DNA of 64,000 bases from an uncultured delta proteobacterium (GTDB lineage: Bacteria > Desulfobacterota > Binatia > Binatales > Binataceae), in assembly GCA_963724765.1 (NCBI GenBank), contig CAVRVY010000003.1, positions 1,184,001-1,248,000 on the forward strand, read 5' to 3'. The stretch's first letter is position 1. Every line of letters begins with the position of its first letter. The notes beneath the pieces are model-generated. The model had not been told where the DNA came from and did no database searches. It saw nothing but the letters and a program-made list of their open reading frames with translations. The translations under genes were made by a program, and so were the position numbers. Positions 10,052-21,715 of this stretch are shown here, one piece after another.

Positions 10052-11017
10052 CTAGTTGCTCGCCATGCTTTTCATCATCGCGTCGGCGGCTGACGCCTCG
10101 GGTGTCCCCGGATGATCGCGGACCAGCTTCTGCAGCGTGAGACGGGCATCGAGCGAATCGTTGGTGCGCAAAAACGCCTGCGCCTCGCGCAATTGCGAGC
10201 TGGCGGCGAAGCGGCCCCTGGGATAGCGCATCGCAAGGTCATTGAACTGCAGGATCGACTGGTTGTAGTTCGACGGATCGCGCGCGCCCAGCTCGAACAG
10301 CGCGTTGGCTGAGAAATACTCAGCCGGCTCGGCCAGCGGCGACTTGGGGTGGGCCCGCTGGAAGGCCTGGAACTTGGCGATCGCGTTGGGATACTTGCCG
10401 GCCTTCATATCGATCAGGCCGTCGCGATAGACGCGCGAGCCCGGCTCCGTACTGTTGCCCGCGGCCGCGAGTTCCTGGTCGAGCGCCGACTGCCATCCGC
10501 TCACCGCCGGCGCCGGCGCTGCCGCGGCTGGCGCTTCGCCCTCATTTTCACCCTCAGCCGGAGCTTCGCCCTCAGCCGGCGCCTCGCCTTCACTCGGAGG
10601 GATCGAGGCGCTCTGCGCCGCACCGGGAGCGACACCTGGCGCCGCACCCGGCGCACCGGGGACGCCTGGCATGCCGGGAGCGCCGGGGGCGCCGGGCGCG
10701 CCGGGGACCGGTGGCGTTCCGGCGGCGGTCGCGTTGACTTGCGACTCGAGCTTGGCGATGCGGGCCTTGAGCACCACGGTCTGCTTGGAGTCGCTGTCCG
10801 CGCCATTATGCTGCAGTTCGGTGATGCGGTCATTGAGCTGCGCAATCTGCTCGTGCATCGCGCTCATCTGCTGCTGATCGTTGGCGATCATCTCGCGCAT
10901 CGACTGCTCGTTCTGCGAGACCTGATCCACGTCCGAGCGCGCCGCGCATCCCGCGATGCCGAGCGTCATCGCGAGCAGCCCCAGGAGGCCCCATCCACGC
11001 ATGCGGCTATCGAGCAT
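10052..11017 (-). CDS. cpoB: Tol-Pal system TPR protein CpoB/YbgF
   Basis: Lipoprotein signal (IAGC), coiled coil, C-terminal TPR; directly after pal; start uncertain. Confidence 0.82.
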   Translation of the reverse strand: MLDSRMRGWGLLGLLAMTLGIAGCAARSDVDQVSQNEQSMREMIANDQQQMSAMHEQIAQLNDRITELQHNGADSDSKQTVVLKARIAKLESQVNATAAGTPPVPGAPGAPGAPGMPGVPGAPGAAPGVAPGAAQSASIPPSEGEAPAEGEAPAEGENEGEAPAAAAPAPAVSGWQSALDQELAAAGNSTEPGSRVYRDGLIDMKAGKYPNAIAKFQAFQRAHPKSPLAEPAEYFSANALFELGARDPSNYNQSILQFNDLAMRYPRGRFAASSQLREAQAFLRTNDSLDARLTLQKLVRDHPGTPEASAADAMMKSMASN

Positions 11018-11034
11018 ACGCGCCGGCACCCGCG

Positions 11035-11580
11035 CTATTGCTGCACCACGAAGTGGTCGCGACGGTTTTGTGCCCAACATTCGTCAGTGTCCTCGTTACA
11101 AACCGGCAGTTCCTTGCCGTAGCTGATGGTTGACATCCGGTCGGCGGTGATGCCCAGGGTCTCGAGATAATCCTTGGCCGCCTGGGCACGCTTGGCGCCG
11201 AGCGCGATATTGTACTCCTCGGAGCCGCGATCATCGCAATGGCCCTCGATTTGCACGTGCGTGGCTGAATTTTTGCTCATCCAGTCGGCATTGGATTTCA
11301 GAATCTCGCCGTCCTGAGCGCGAACCGAATAGTCATTGTAGTCGAAATGGATATCGCCGAGCGGTCCCTGGCCATTCGCGCCCAGCGTACCCTTTTGAAA
11401 CTGATTGAGCGTGCTGGAGCCATTGGCGCCCAGCCCGTTCTCGCCAATCCCTCCCGGACCCGTATTACCCTGACCCGCGCCGGCGCCGCTTTGCTTCGAG
11501 GAACATCCCGCGACCATCGCCAGCATCATCGCCGCCGCGGCCATCGCGGTAAGTCGCCCGAGACGCCGTCCATTATTCAT
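11035..11580 (-). CDS. pal: Peptidoglycan-associated lipoprotein
   Basis: Lipobox VAGC; IEGHCDDRGSEEYNIALGAKRA, SYGKE, NRR. Confidence 0.95.
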   Translation of the reverse strand: MNNGRRLGRLTAMAAAAMMLAMVAGCSSKQSGAGAGQGNTGPGGIGENGLGANGSSTLNQFQKGTLGANGQGPLGDIHFDYNDYSVRAQDGEILKSNADWMSKNSATHVQIEGHCDDRGSEEYNIALGAKRAQAAKDYLETLGITADRMSTISYGKELPVCNEDTDECWAQNRRDHFVVQQ

Positions 11581-12907
11581 CGAGCCACCACGACCACGTG
11601 GGAGAAGTGTCATTGCCCTCATCCTCCATCAAGGCAGAAATAACTTTGCCGGTTTGCGATTGTGTATTGACCTGCATCAGGTAGAGCCGTTCGTGACCGC
11701 CGCGGGTCGAGCTGAAAATCAGGTAGCGCCCGTCGGGTGACCAGCACGGCGATTGGTTCGAGCCCTCGTCCTGGGTCAGTTGCACGGGCTGGCCGCCGGC
11801 GACCGGGATAATGAAGATGTTAAACCCGCCCGAGCGGCTCTGGTAGGCAAGCCATTTGCCGTTGGGCGAGAACGACGGCGAGGTGTTGTAGTCGCCGTGG
11901 AAAGTGACGCGGTGCGCCGCGCCGCCGCCGAGGCTCATCACGTAGATCTGCGGGGTGCCCGAACGGTCCGAGGTAAAAGCGAGCTGTTGGCCGTCGGCCG
12001 AGAATGCCGGGTTGACGTTGATCGCGAGTCCCTGGGTGAGCTGGCGGATTTCCTCTCCGCTGCGCTCGAGCAGGAAAAGATTGGTATGGCCGCCGCTCTC
12101 GACCGCCGCGACGATCCGGCTGCCGTCGGGCGAAAGCGCGCCGCCGATCACATTGCCGTGCGCGCTGCTGATTCTGAGTTCGGTACGCCCAGCGACGTCG
12201 AACAGGTAAAGCGCGGGTTCGCCGGTCTTGTAGGAAAGATAGAGCACGCTCGCCGCGCTGTGGGCGAATTTCGGGAACAGGTTGATGGTCGGATTGTCGG
12301 TGACGCGGAAAAGGCCGCCGCCGTCAGGCGAGGCGAGGTAGATTTCCTTGAAACGGCCGCCGCGCATCGAGACGAACGCGATCCGCGTGTCGAACGGTCC
12401 CTGGATGCCGGTCACCGCCTTGAGCACCGAGTCGGCGAAGCGCCGCGCCATCTGCTCCACGTCGGCCGGTCCGCCGGAAAAGCGCGTGCCGAACATCCGG
12501 CGTTGCTGCGCGACGTCGAACATCAGTGCTTCGACCGAGACCTGACCGCCGCTCACCGTGACTGCGCCCTTGACCAGGAATTCGGCGTTGAGCGAACTCC
12601 AGTCCGCGAAATTGAACTTGCCCAGGTCGTAGCCCGAATTCTGCGGGTCTTCGATATACGACTTGGGCGAGATGATGGAAAAGAAGCCGCTCAGTTCGAG
12701 GTCATGGCGCAGGATTCGGACGAAGTCATGCGAGGCCGTGCCCTGGTCGTCGCCACCGAGGTTCTTGAATTCCGAGACGGCGATCGGCGCGGCGGTCGAA
12801 CCGGGGCCGCTGATCGTCATGTGGATTGGCTGCGCCTGCGCGACGCCGGCGCCAGCGAGCGCCGCCAGCGCAAAGGCCGCCACAGTGAAGATAAACCGCC
12901 TGATCAT
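11573..12907 (-). CDS. tolB: Tol-Pal beta-propeller protein TolB
   Basis: DLELSGFF, PD40 repeats (FTSDRSGTPQIY, WSPDGR). Confidence 0.94.
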   Translation of the reverse strand: MIRRFIFTVAAFALAALAGAGVAQAQPIHMTISGPGSTAAPIAVSEFKNLGGDDQGTASHDFVRILRHDLELSGFFSIISPKSYIEDPQNSGYDLGKFNFADWSSLNAEFLVKGAVTVSGGQVSVEALMFDVAQQRRMFGTRFSGGPADVEQMARRFADSVLKAVTGIQGPFDTRIAFVSMRGGRFKEIYLASPDGGGLFRVTDNPTINLFPKFAHSAASVLYLSYKTGEPALYLFDVAGRTELRISSAHGNVIGGALSPDGSRIVAAVESGGHTNLFLLERSGEEIRQLTQGLAINVNPAFSADGQQLAFTSDRSGTPQIYVMSLGGGAAHRVTFHGDYNTSPSFSPNGKWLAYQSRSGGFNIFIIPVAGGQPVQLTQDEGSNQSPCWSPDGRYLIFSSTRGGHERLYLMQVNTQSQTGKVISALMEDEGNDTSPTWSWWLDE

Positions 12908-12989
12908 TTTATTCCGTCAAGGCCTCCGGGTCTGCCGCGCGCGTCGCGCGCGCCCGCCCGTGCGCCGCCTCTCCATCCCCCCTACGATT

Positions 12990-14093
12990 TCAACTAGCCT
13001 TCAACTCGCCCAGCTTGAACTCCGCGTCGACACCCTCGCCGAACTCGGGGCGATATTTTTCCGGCGGCGGCGGAAACGGCGCGGCGCGCCGGATTGCGCG
13101 AATCACCGAATCGTCGAACGCCGGATCCCGGGAACTCTGCGTCAGCTTGACGCCGGTCAGACTGCCGTCAGGGCCGATCGCGAAAGTCACGCTGGTGGTC
13201 AGATCTCCGCTCCCGCCCACGTAATTCCACGCCTTCTTTATCCGATCCTGTACCGTCTGATAGTAGAGCAGAAATTGCGGGTCCTGTTGAATCCCCATGC
13301 TGCCCTTTCCGGCACCCACGCCGTAGCCCCCGCCTTCATGAGGCACGTTGGCGACCACCGGTCCGCCTCCCGAAGGCCCGCTGGAACGTGCCTTTTCCGC
13401 CGCGGCTCTCTCGGCCAGATGCTCCTTGAGCAGGCTTGCGCGCAAAGCGGCGAGCTGCTCCTTGACGCTGGGCGTCGCCTCGGCGCGCGCGATCACGACT
13501 TCATGGTTCGGGTTGGGCCGGGGATGTGCGCTGCGCCTGGGCGCGGGAGTCGGCGTCGGCAGCGGCCGGCGATGGCGCGGCGCGGGGGTCGGCTTATGTG
13601 TCGGCCGGGGCCGCGGAGTCGGCTTCGGCGTCGGCGCGCGAGTCGGTTTCGGCGTGGGCTCCGGTGTGGGCTCGACGGTGGGCTCGGGCGTCGGCTCTGG
13701 AGTGGGCACCGGAGTCGGCTCCGGAGTGGGCGTCGGCGTCGGGGTATAGCCCGTATTGAGCGCGATTACGGTCTTGTCGTTGTCGGGCGAAAGCGGCGGC
13801 GGTGGCGTTTTGTGCTGCTCAACGGCCGGCTTGGGCGGCTCGCTGCGATGCTCGGGATGCGGCTGCTCCTGAGTCAGACGCGGCAGATGCGTGCCGAGGT
13901 CACCGGCCGGGATGTTGTCGACGATCTTCACGGTGTAGCCGGGCGGCGTCGTGTCGGGCCGATGAAAGTAGGCCGGCAGGATGACCAGGACCAGGGCGAA
14001 GAACATCGCATGGCCCACCGCCGACAGGATGATCGCCCCGGCGTAGCCCAGACGCGAGGAGCGGTCGCGGCCGTCAAGGTTTGGCGCTGCCAC
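12990..14093 (-). CDS. tolA: TolA/TonB-family energy transducer
   Basis: N-terminal TM with S...H, Pro/Thr-rich linker, TonB-C-like domain; between tolR and tolB. Confidence 0.85.
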   Translation of the reverse strand: MAAPNLDGRDRSSRLGYAGAIILSAVGHAMFFALVLVILPAYFHRPDTTPPGYTVKIVDNIPAGDLGTHLPRLTQEQPHPEHRSEPPKPAVEQHKTPPPPLSPDNDKTVIALNTGYTPTPTPTPEPTPVPTPEPTPEPTVEPTPEPTPKPTRAPTPKPTPRPRPTHKPTPAPRHRRPLPTPTPAPRRSAHPRPNPNHEVVIARAEATPSVKEQLAALRASLLKEHLAERAAAEKARSSGPSGGGPVVANVPHEGGGYGVGAGKGSMGIQQDPQFLLYYQTVQDRIKKAWNYVGGSGDLTTSVTFAIGPDGSLTGVKLTQSSRDPAFDDSVIRAIRRAAPFPPPPEKYRPEFGEGVDAEFKLGELKAS

Positions 14094-14532
14094 CGAGCGA
14101 ACCGCCCGCCGCCGGCTCCGCGCCCGCCTGCGGCATCTCGGTCACCATACCGACGGTTTCGATTCCCGCCGCTTTGATTGCGGCCATCGTCTTGATCACC
14201 ACGCCGTAGGGCACTTCCTCGTCGGCGCGCACGAAGACCTCGCGGTCGGGCCGCGCGACGGCGATTGCCTGGAGCTTTTCAGTCAACTGGTCGAGGCCGA
14301 GCTTGGTGTCATTGAGGTAAACTTCCTGGTTGCGGGTGATCGAGACCACGAACTGCTCTTCCTTGCCGGGCAGGGCCGAGGCCTTGACCCGCGGCACGCT
14401 GACCTCAACGCCCTGCTGAATCATCGGCGCGGTGACCATGAAGATGACCAGCAGCACCAGCATCACGTCGACCAGCGGCGTGACGTTGATTTGCGAGGCG
14501 AACTGCCCGCGCTGTCCCGGTTCGAAAGCCAT
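14074..14532 (-). CDS. tolR: TolR
   Basis: [22 protein letters not shown]. Confidence 0.93.
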   Translation of the reverse strand: MAFEPGQRGQFASQINVTPLVDVMLVLLVIFMVTAPMIQQGVEVSVPRVKASALPGKEEQFVVSITRNQEVYLNDTKLGLDQLTEKLQAIAVARPDREVFVRADEEVPYGVVIKTMAAIKAAGIETVGMVTEMPQAGAEPAAGGSLGGSAKP

Positions 14533-14559
14533 CCGCTGTGCGCTTTGGGGCCGGCGTCC

Positions 14560-15273
14560 TTACGACAGGAAATGACGCTCGGCGATATTGAGAAATTCGG
14601 AGGTGAAATTTTCCATTTCGATCGCGAGCTCGCGCACCCGGGCGGTGAAGTAGTTGTAAAGCATCTGCGCCGGAATCGCGGCGACCAGGCCTATGGCGGT
14701 GGTGATGAGCGCCTCGGCAATGCCGGGGGCGACCGCCTGGATGTTCGAGGAATGAGCCGCCGAGAGTCCGATGAAGGCCGTCATGATTCCCCATACCGTG
14801 CCGAAAAGCCCGATGAACGGGCAGGTCGAGCCGGTGGTGGCGAGGAACGTGATGCCCTTCTCCAGTTTGGTGGTTTCGACGTTGGCCTGCCGGCGCATCG
14901 CGCGTGTCACGTTCTCGACCCCGCCCAAGTCGGTCGAAAAACCGCTCTCGGCGCCCACCGCCTGACGCTTGGCGCGCGTGAGCTGGAGCAATTCCTGGTA
15001 GCCGGCGCGGAAAACCTGGGCGACGGGGCTGCGGATCAGGCTGACGCTGCCGCTATGAATCGCGGCGAGGTTTTTGGACTCCCAGAACAGCGCGATGAAG
15101 CGGTCGGACTCGCGCCGGGCATGTGAAATCTGGTTGAGCTTGTAGATGATGATGCCCCAGCTCACGACCGAGAAGAGGACCAACGTCCACAGCACCACCT
15201 GCACCACCGGGCCTGTTCCCAGCAGCAGGTCAGCCACCCCCATCGTGCCGGGGCCGCCTAACTCATGGGGCAT
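14560..15273 (-). CDS. tolQ: TolQ
   Basis: FLATTGSTCPFIGLFGTVWGIM, VAPGIAEAL. Confidence 0.94.
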   Translation of the reverse strand: MPHELGGPGTMGVADLLLGTGPVVQVVLWTLVLFSVVSWGIIIYKLNQISHARRESDRFIALFWESKNLAAIHSGSVSLIRSPVAQVFRAGYQELLQLTRAKRQAVGAESGFSTDLGGVENVTRAMRRQANVETTKLEKGITFLATTGSTCPFIGLFGTVWGIMTAFIGLSAAHSSNIQAVAPGIAEALITTAIGLVAAIPAQMLYNYFTARVRELAIEMENFTSEFLNIAERHFLS

Positions 15274-15635
15274 ACCGCATCAGCTCCACCCGCTTATTAG
15301 AACGTAACCAGACGGATTTCGTTGCAATCAATTTACGTGGTGGCTCGGGCGGGAGCAAATCGCTTTCGCTCGCGCGATGCTTTGGCCGGGCCCTTTGAGC
15401 CACGTGAAGTCGTGCGCGCAGATGCGCGGGCGATTCGGAGTGCGTGAAGGCATTATGCCGCCGCCCCATGCGTCGTTTCATGCCACTGTGCATGGATCGC
15501 GAATCGTTGACACGCTACCCGCTGGTGGAAATTGTGATAGCCTTATTTCGAAATTAAACTCGCCTGCTGGGGTGCCAGCGGTTTCATCAAGAGGGCTCAT
15601 CTCGGGGGAGACTTAATCCTAGGGAGGATTGCGCT

Positions 15636-16640
15636 GTGGCGATCAGGATCGGGATCAACGGGTTCGGTCGAATCGGGCGGATGGCTTTTCGCGCGATGCT
15701 GGGCAAGAAAGAGGTCGAAGTCGTCGCGGTCAACGACATCACCGACGCCAAGACGCTTGCCCATCTGCTCAAGCATGACTCGGTGCACGGCTCGCTCAAG
15801 CATCAGGTCAAGGCCGAGGGCAATCAGATCATGCTCGACGGCCACGCGTTGCGCGTGGTCGCGGAGCGCGATCCGGCCAAGCTGCCGTGGAAAGAACTCA
15901 AGGTCGACGTCGTAATCGAATCCACCGGACTGTTCACCGCGCGCGACAAGGCAGCGCTGCATCTGAGCGCCGGCGCTCGCAAGGTCGTGATCAGCGCGCC
16001 GGCCGACGGGGTCGACGTGACCCTGTGCATGGGCGTCAACCAGGAAGCCTACGACCCGGGCAAGCATCACGTCATTTCCAACGCCTCGTGCACGACCAAC
16101 TGCCTCGCGCCAGTGGCCAAGGTGCTGCACGAGAACTTCGGTATCGTGCACGGCTTGATGACCACGATCCACTCGTACACCTCCGACCAGATGCTTCAGG
16201 ACGGGCCGCATAAGGATTTGCGCCGGGCCCGGGCGGCGGCGCTCTCGATGGTGCCGACGTCGACTGGCGCAGCCAAGGCGATCGGACTGGTGCTGCCGAT
16301 GCTCAACGGCAAGCTCGACGGCATCGCCATTCGCGTGCCGACGCCCAACGTCTCGGTGGTCGACCTCACGGCCACGGTCGAGCGCGACGCGGACGAGAAC
16401 TCCGTCAATGCCGCGATGAAGAAGGCGGCTGAGGGCGAATTGCGCGGCATCCTGGCCTACAGCGAGGAGCCGCTGGTCTCGGTCGATTTCAACGGCAATC
16501 CCCATTCGTCGATCTTCGACGCGCCGCTCACCAAGGTGCTGGGCAAGCGCCTGGTAAAGATTTTTTCGTGGTACGACAACGAATGGGGTTACTCGAACCG
16601 GCTGGCCGACGTGACCGCCTTCGTCGCAAGCAAGATCTGA
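15636..16640 (+). CDS. gap: Type I glyceraldehyde-3-phosphate dehydrogenase
   Basis: GINGFGRIGR, SNASCTTNCLAP, WYDNEWGYS. Confidence 0.98.
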   Translation: MAIRIGINGFGRIGRMAFRAMLGKKEVEVVAVNDITDAKTLAHLLKHDSVHGSLKHQVKAEGNQIMLDGHALRVVAERDPAKLPWKELKVDVVIESTGLFTARDKAALHLSAGARKVVISAPADGVDVTLCMGVNQEAYDPGKHHVISNASCTTNCLAPVAKVLHENFGIVHGLMTTIHSYTSDQMLQDGPHKDLRRARAAALSMVPTSTGAAKAIGLVLPMLNGKLDGIAIRVPTPNVSVVDLTATVERDADENSVNAAMKKAAEGELRGILAYSEEPLVSVDFNGNPHSSIFDAPLTKVLGKRLVKIFSWYDNEWGYSNRLADVTAFVASKI

Positions 16641-16657
16641 ACGGACGCAGCGCCGCG

Positions 16658-17836
16658 ATGTCCGTGCTCGAGGTCACGCAGCTTGAACTTGACGGTCGCA
16701 AGGCGCTGGTGCGATGCGACTTTAACGTGCCGCTGCACGAGGGCCGCATCGCCGACCCCGCGCGCATCGACGCGAGCCTCGACACCATCCGCTACATCCT
16801 CGAGCACGGCGGCGCGGTGGTGCTCTGCTCGCACCTCGGACGTCCCAAGGAGCGCACGCCCGAGCTCAGCCTGAAGCCGGTCGCGGAGCACCTGAGCGCG
16901 GCGCTCGGCCGCAAGGTCGCGCTCGCGCCCGACAGCATCGGCGAAGTCACGCTGGGACTGGTCGCGGCGCTTAAGCCGGGCGGTGCGCTGCTGCTCGAGA
17001 ACCTGCGCTTCCATCCTGAGGAAGAGGCCAACGATCGCGATTTTTCCCACGAGCTGGCGCGCGGCAAAGACCTCTACGTCAATGACGCCTTCGGCTCGGC
17101 GCATCGCGCCCACGCCTCGACCGTCGGGGTGACGCGCTTTCTTACCGAACGCGCCGCGGGCTTTCTGATGATGCGCGAACTCAAGGCGCTGAGCGCGCTG
17201 ACCCACGACCCGGCGCGGCCGTACATCGCGATTCTGGGCGGCGCCAAGGTCTCCGACAAAATCCGAGTCATCCGCAATCTGATGACCAAGGTCGACGCGA
17301 TTTTGATCGGCGGTGCGATGGCTTACACGTTCCTGCGCGCGCGCGGGATCGAAGTCGGCCGCTCGCGGGTCGAGGACGACAAGCTTCAGCTCGCGGGCGA
17401 ACTAATGGCCGAAGCCGCACGCCGCGGCGTGGCCCTGATGCTGCCGGTCGACCACGTGGTCGCGGCATCGCCCGAGGCCGGCACGGCCGAGACGGTGGAG
17501 ACGATCCCGTATGACCGTATGGGCCTCGATATCGGGCCGCGCACGGCCGAACAGTACATCGCGAAATTTCAGGGCGCGAAGACCGTGGTATGGAACGGGC
17601 CGCTGGGCTATTTTGAGCTGGAGGCATTTGCCCGGGGGACGCTCAAGGTCGGCGAGGCGCTGGCCAACCTGGCGGGCGTCTTCAGCGTGATCGGCGGCGG
17701 AGATACCGCCGCGGCGCTCGCCAACCAGCCGTGGTCCGCCCGCTTCAGCCACATCTCGACCGGCGGCGGCGCGACGCTGGAGTACCTCGAGGGCATCGAG
17801 TTGCCGGGCGTCAAGGCGCTCGAAAGCCGGGGCTAA
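16658..17836 (+). CDS. pgk: Phosphoglycerate kinase
   Basis: [39 protein letters not shown]. Confidence 0.98.
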   Translation: MSVLEVTQLELDGRKALVRCDFNVPLHEGRIADPARIDASLDTIRYILEHGGAVVLCSHLGRPKERTPELSLKPVAEHLSAALGRKVALAPDSIGEVTLGLVAALKPGGALLLENLRFHPEEEANDRDFSHELARGKDLYVNDAFGSAHRAHASTVGVTRFLTERAAGFLMMRELKALSALTHDPARPYIAILGGAKVSDKIRVIRNLMTKVDAILIGGAMAYTFLRARGIEVGRSRVEDDKLQLAGELMAEAARRGVALMLPVDHVVAASPEAGTAETVETIPYDRMGLDIGPRTAEQYIAKFQGAKTVVWNGPLGYFELEAFARGTLKVGEALANLAGVFSVIGGGDTAAALANQPWSARFSHISTGGGATLEYLEGIELPGVKALESRG

Positions 17837-17902
17837 GCCAAACGGCTGCGCAGCGTTGAAGTCGTAATCGGGGAAATCATTTTAACTGGCGGAGAGGGCG
17901 CG

Positions 17903-18676
<774 letters not shown>

Positions 18677-18723
18677 GACTTACGAGGCTGTAATACCCCG
18701 GTTATAAGCAGGTTATAAGGTTG

Positions 18724-19194
18724 ATGGTTACGATCGTTGTCGCGATTCATGTCGTGATCTGCCTCGCGCTGGTCATTGTGATCCTGCTCCAGCAGGGCAA
18801 GGGCGCGGAGATCGGCGCGGTGTTCGGCGGCTCGAGCCAGACCGTGTTCGGCGCGACTGGTGCCGGCAACGTGTTGACCAAGACCACGTGGGCGATGGCC
18901 GCGATATTTTTCGCGACTTCGATTTTTCTCGCCTATGCCTCGACGCGGCGTTTCACGGGCAGTATCTTCGGGTCTGGCGGCGGGGTGAGCCACAGGGTGG
19001 TCGTTCCGGCTAAGCCGGGCGTGCCGTCGGCGCCTGCAGCGCCGGTCGGACCGGCGGGAAGCGCTCCCGCAGGACAGGCCCACGAGGGACAGGCTCACGA
19101 GGCTCCGGGAGCCCCAGTACCCATGTCCGCACCGGCGGCCCCGGCCGCACCTGCGAACCAGTCCAGGCCAATTGCGCCGAAGCCCAGGCCATAG
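18724..19194 (+). CDS. secG: Preprotein translocase subunit SecG
   Basis: ILLQQGKGA..FGG, two TM helices; conserved position after tpiA. Confidence 0.93.
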   Translation: MVTIVVAIHVVICLALVIVILLQQGKGAEIGAVFGGSSQTVFGATGAGNVLTKTTWAMAAIFFATSIFLAYASTRRFTGSIFGSGGGVSHRVVVPAKPGVPSAPAAPVGPAGSAPAGQAHEGQAHEAPGAPVPMSAPAAPAAPANQSRPIAPKPRP

Positions 19195-19336
19195 GCGATA
19201 TGAAGATGCGGCGGACTAATTCGTGATCTTTTGTGACTTACAGAGCCGCGCGTGATCGCGGCCATGAATAGTGAGCCGCGCGTTGAGCGCGACCAAAAGG
19301 GTGACCGAAGCCGCGCTCAGATCGCGGCCAATGAGT

Positions 19337-19422
19337 GCGCGGGTGGTGGAATGGCAGACACGCGAGTTTGAGGGGCTCGTGGTAGAAATACCGTGCGGGT
19401 TCAAGTCCCGCTCCGCGCACCA
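19337..19422 (+). tRNA. tRNA-Leu (GAG)
   Basis: Acceptor GCGCGGG/TCCGCGC, anticodon arm CGAGT-TTGAGGG-GCTCG, long variable arm, GGTTCAAGTCC, encoded CCA. Confidence 0.96.
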
Positions 19423-19427
19423 CTAAA

Positions 19428-20174
19428 TCAGCCGATCAGCGACGCCGCCGGGTCTGGCTCACAGGCGTTGCTCGGCATCTGGTCCCATGTGCGCCCTCCG
19501 AGAAGACGACCTCCGGATTTTGGCGTGCGTCCTCCCCACTGCTTAAAGAAAAATGGCACCCCGGCGGCCACACATTGGTTTCTTATGCGTGATACCCATT
19601 GCGGCTCCATGGGGCGAGCGTGCGGTCCGCTCTCTCCGCCAACGATAACCCAGTGAATCCCTTGTAGAGCCAACTTCGGAATTGGTCCGAGCAGCGGCTC
19701 TATAGATAGAAATCTGACAGCTGCCGGCACCGTTCGAAGGTACTTTATTCTATCTACATACTCTGCATCTTCGACGGAGACGCCCTGCCATACGTTACGT
19801 GGCCATTCCAGCCGAGGAGCCAGTTCGGCGAGACGCGTTGCCCGCTTGGTAAGCACCTGGAAGGTATGCCAGTGAGCCCGCGCCATCACCGAGAACACTT
19901 GACGGATAAAGTCTTCCGGTATCGTCTCGTGAAACAGGTCGCTCATACTGTTCACGAAAATGCGCCGGGGCTGTTTCCACTTAAGTGGCAGAATGAGTTG
20001 ATCGGGATGCAGGACTAGTTCAAACCCGTTGCGGTATCGGGGGTTGCCCATCGCCTTGAGGCGAGCGGCCAATCTTTCTGCGTAGCAATGTTTGCATCCG
20101 GGGCTAAGTTTGGTGCAGCCCGTTACCGGATTCCAAGTGGCATCGGTCCACTCTATAGCCGATTTATCCCCCAT
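19428..20174 (-). CDS. DUF5131 / phage Gp37-Gp68 family protein
   Basis: [54 protein letters not shown]. Confidence 0.92.
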   Translation of the reverse strand: MGDKSAIEWTDATWNPVTGCTKLSPGCKHCYAERLAARLKAMGNPRYRNGFELVLHPDQLILPLKWKQPRRIFVNSMSDLFHETIPEDFIRQVFSVMARAHWHTFQVLTKRATRLAELAPRLEWPRNVWQGVSVEDAEYVDRIKYLRTVPAAVRFLSIEPLLGPIPKLALQGIHWVIVGGESGPHARPMEPQWVSRIRNQCVAAGVPFFFKQWGGRTPKSGGRLLGGRTWDQMPSNACEPDPAASLIG

Positions 20175-20315
20175 GGCGCTTCCCCTAATCCCTATCCTTC
20201 GAATGGGCGAGTATTCAAGCGCTACACTTTCAACGGCGGCTATGGCGCAACATCGTGGTGTCGGCATTTCCTCCGTTTGGCGTCGTGCGGGCCGCGCGCC
20301 GGGGCGGCGGCGCGG

Positions 20316-21313
20316 TTAGCGGACGCCGAGCGAGAGCTGCGTGCCCGGCGCAATCGCGGGCGCGCCGGCGCGGGCCGGCGCGCGCCGATCGCGATGATCA
20401 ACCATGAAGCCGTACTTCGCGCGCATCCGATCGAAAATTGCGCCGAGCCGCTCGTCATAGCCGCGGGGCGCATAGACCGCGCGAGCATAAAACTCGTCGA
20501 TACGTCCCGCCACCTCGGGGAAGTGCTCCTTGATGAACGGGATGAAGCGGCGGGCCGCCGAGGGCTTGAGGAAAAGCGAGCGCCACCATACCGCGCGGGC
20601 ACCGGCGCGCCGCGCCGCGCGCACTACGCTCTCGATCGCCGCCGGCGCGTCGGTCAGCCCGGGAATCACCGGCATCATCAGCAGGTTACAGCGGATACCC
20701 GCGCGGCTTAGCTCGGCGAGCGCGCGCAGGCGCAATTCCGGGCGCGGCGCCCGCGGCTCGAGCGTGCGCTGGAGGGGCGGTTGAGCGTCATCAGCGAGAA
20801 GTTGACGCTTATCTTCGAGCGCGAGTGGATCGCGCTTAGCAGGTCGAGGTCGCGCACGACCAGCGCCGACTTGGTGGTGATCGAAAGGTCGAGCCCGCCC
20901 AGTTGCGCGAACACCTCGAGCATCGAGCGCGTAAGCCCGTACTTGCGCTCGGCCGGCTGGTAGGGGTCGGTTGCCGTGCCGATAGCGATCGGGTCCGAGC
21001 CGAGCGGCGTGCGCGACAGCGTATGCGAGAGTACCTGCGCGGCCATCCTTTTCACGAAGATGCGCCGTTCGAAATCCATCGGATCGCGCAATTCCAGGAA
21101 CTCATGCGTATAACGGGCGTAGCAATAGACGCATCCGAACTCGCATCCGCGATACGGGTTGATCGTCCATCGAAACGGCATCCGCGGGTTCTCGCAGCGG
21201 TTGAGTATGGTGCGGGCGGGCATCTCGATGAACTCGACGTCGCGCAGCGGCCCGAGCGGAACGGCGGTATCGTTAATGGATTCGTCGAACAGAGCGATGG
21301 ATGCGAGCTTCAT
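20316..21313 (-). pseudogene. SplB-like (Rv2578c/PA0069-type) radical SAM protein, one-base frameshift near 20775
   Basis: INPYRGCEFGCVYCYAR, GTATDPYQPAE, ITTKS; C-terminal half (LEPRAPRPELRL, MPVIPGLTD) is in another frame. Confidence 0.85.
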
Positions 21314-21320
21314 CGCATCA

Positions 21321-21348
21321 GTTTCGTCTTTGTTCCGCTATTCGTCAA
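21321..21348 (-). promoter_or_regulatory. Putative sigma70 promoter with LexA-like box for the radical SAM gene
   Basis: Minus strand TTGACG-N17-GAAACT overlapping GAAC-N7-AAAC. Confidence 0.45.
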
Positions 21349-21349
21349 G

Positions 21350-21375
21350 GGCAATTATGTTGCAGTTGACACGGA
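21350..21375 (+). repeat. IS terminal inverted repeat (transposase-distal end)
   Basis: GGCAATTATGTTGCAGTTGACACGGA. Confidence 0.92.
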
Positions 21376-21412
21376 AGGACGATAAAATGGCGAATGACGT
21401 GACAGGTCGGCT

Positions 21413-21715
21413 TTAGGAATTTGCTCTAATCAGATGATCTCGAAATGGCTTCAAGAACCAGGCGGTCGTTGCGAATCCACCCGATCCAAAGAAATATGCA
21501 CCTAAAACTTTCCAAGACATAGCAGGCAGGCGCCCGTTTGCCTTAAAAACGACCATAACTGTTAATATGATTGCCCAAACTAGTAGAAGGGTCACAAATC
21601 CAGTTAGCACAAAATACATCACCGTCATAAAGGTAGCTGCGCGCTCAGCCCTTATGACGGTGATTTCCCCGATCCGCTCCTGTTGACCGGAAGTAAGCGG
21701 AAGTTTAACCGCCAC
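21413..21715 (-). CDS. IS passenger: small 2-TM membrane protein
   Basis: Two hydrophobic stretches; GTG start abuts the stop of the upstream ORF. Confidence 0.6.
   Translation of the reverse strand: MAVKLPLTSGQQERIGEITVIRAERAATFMTVMYFVLTGFVTLLLVWAIILTVMVVFKANGRLPAMSWKVLGAYFFGSGGFATTAWFLKPFRDHLIRANS

Noticed and set aside
13540-13750. Periodic repeats in tolA
   Set aside because: They encode the normal Pro/Thr linker; no spacers, so not CRISPR.
15507-15550. TTGACA and a Rex/CRP-like TTGTGA upstream of gap
   Set aside because: The second half-site and the -10 match are too weak to call.
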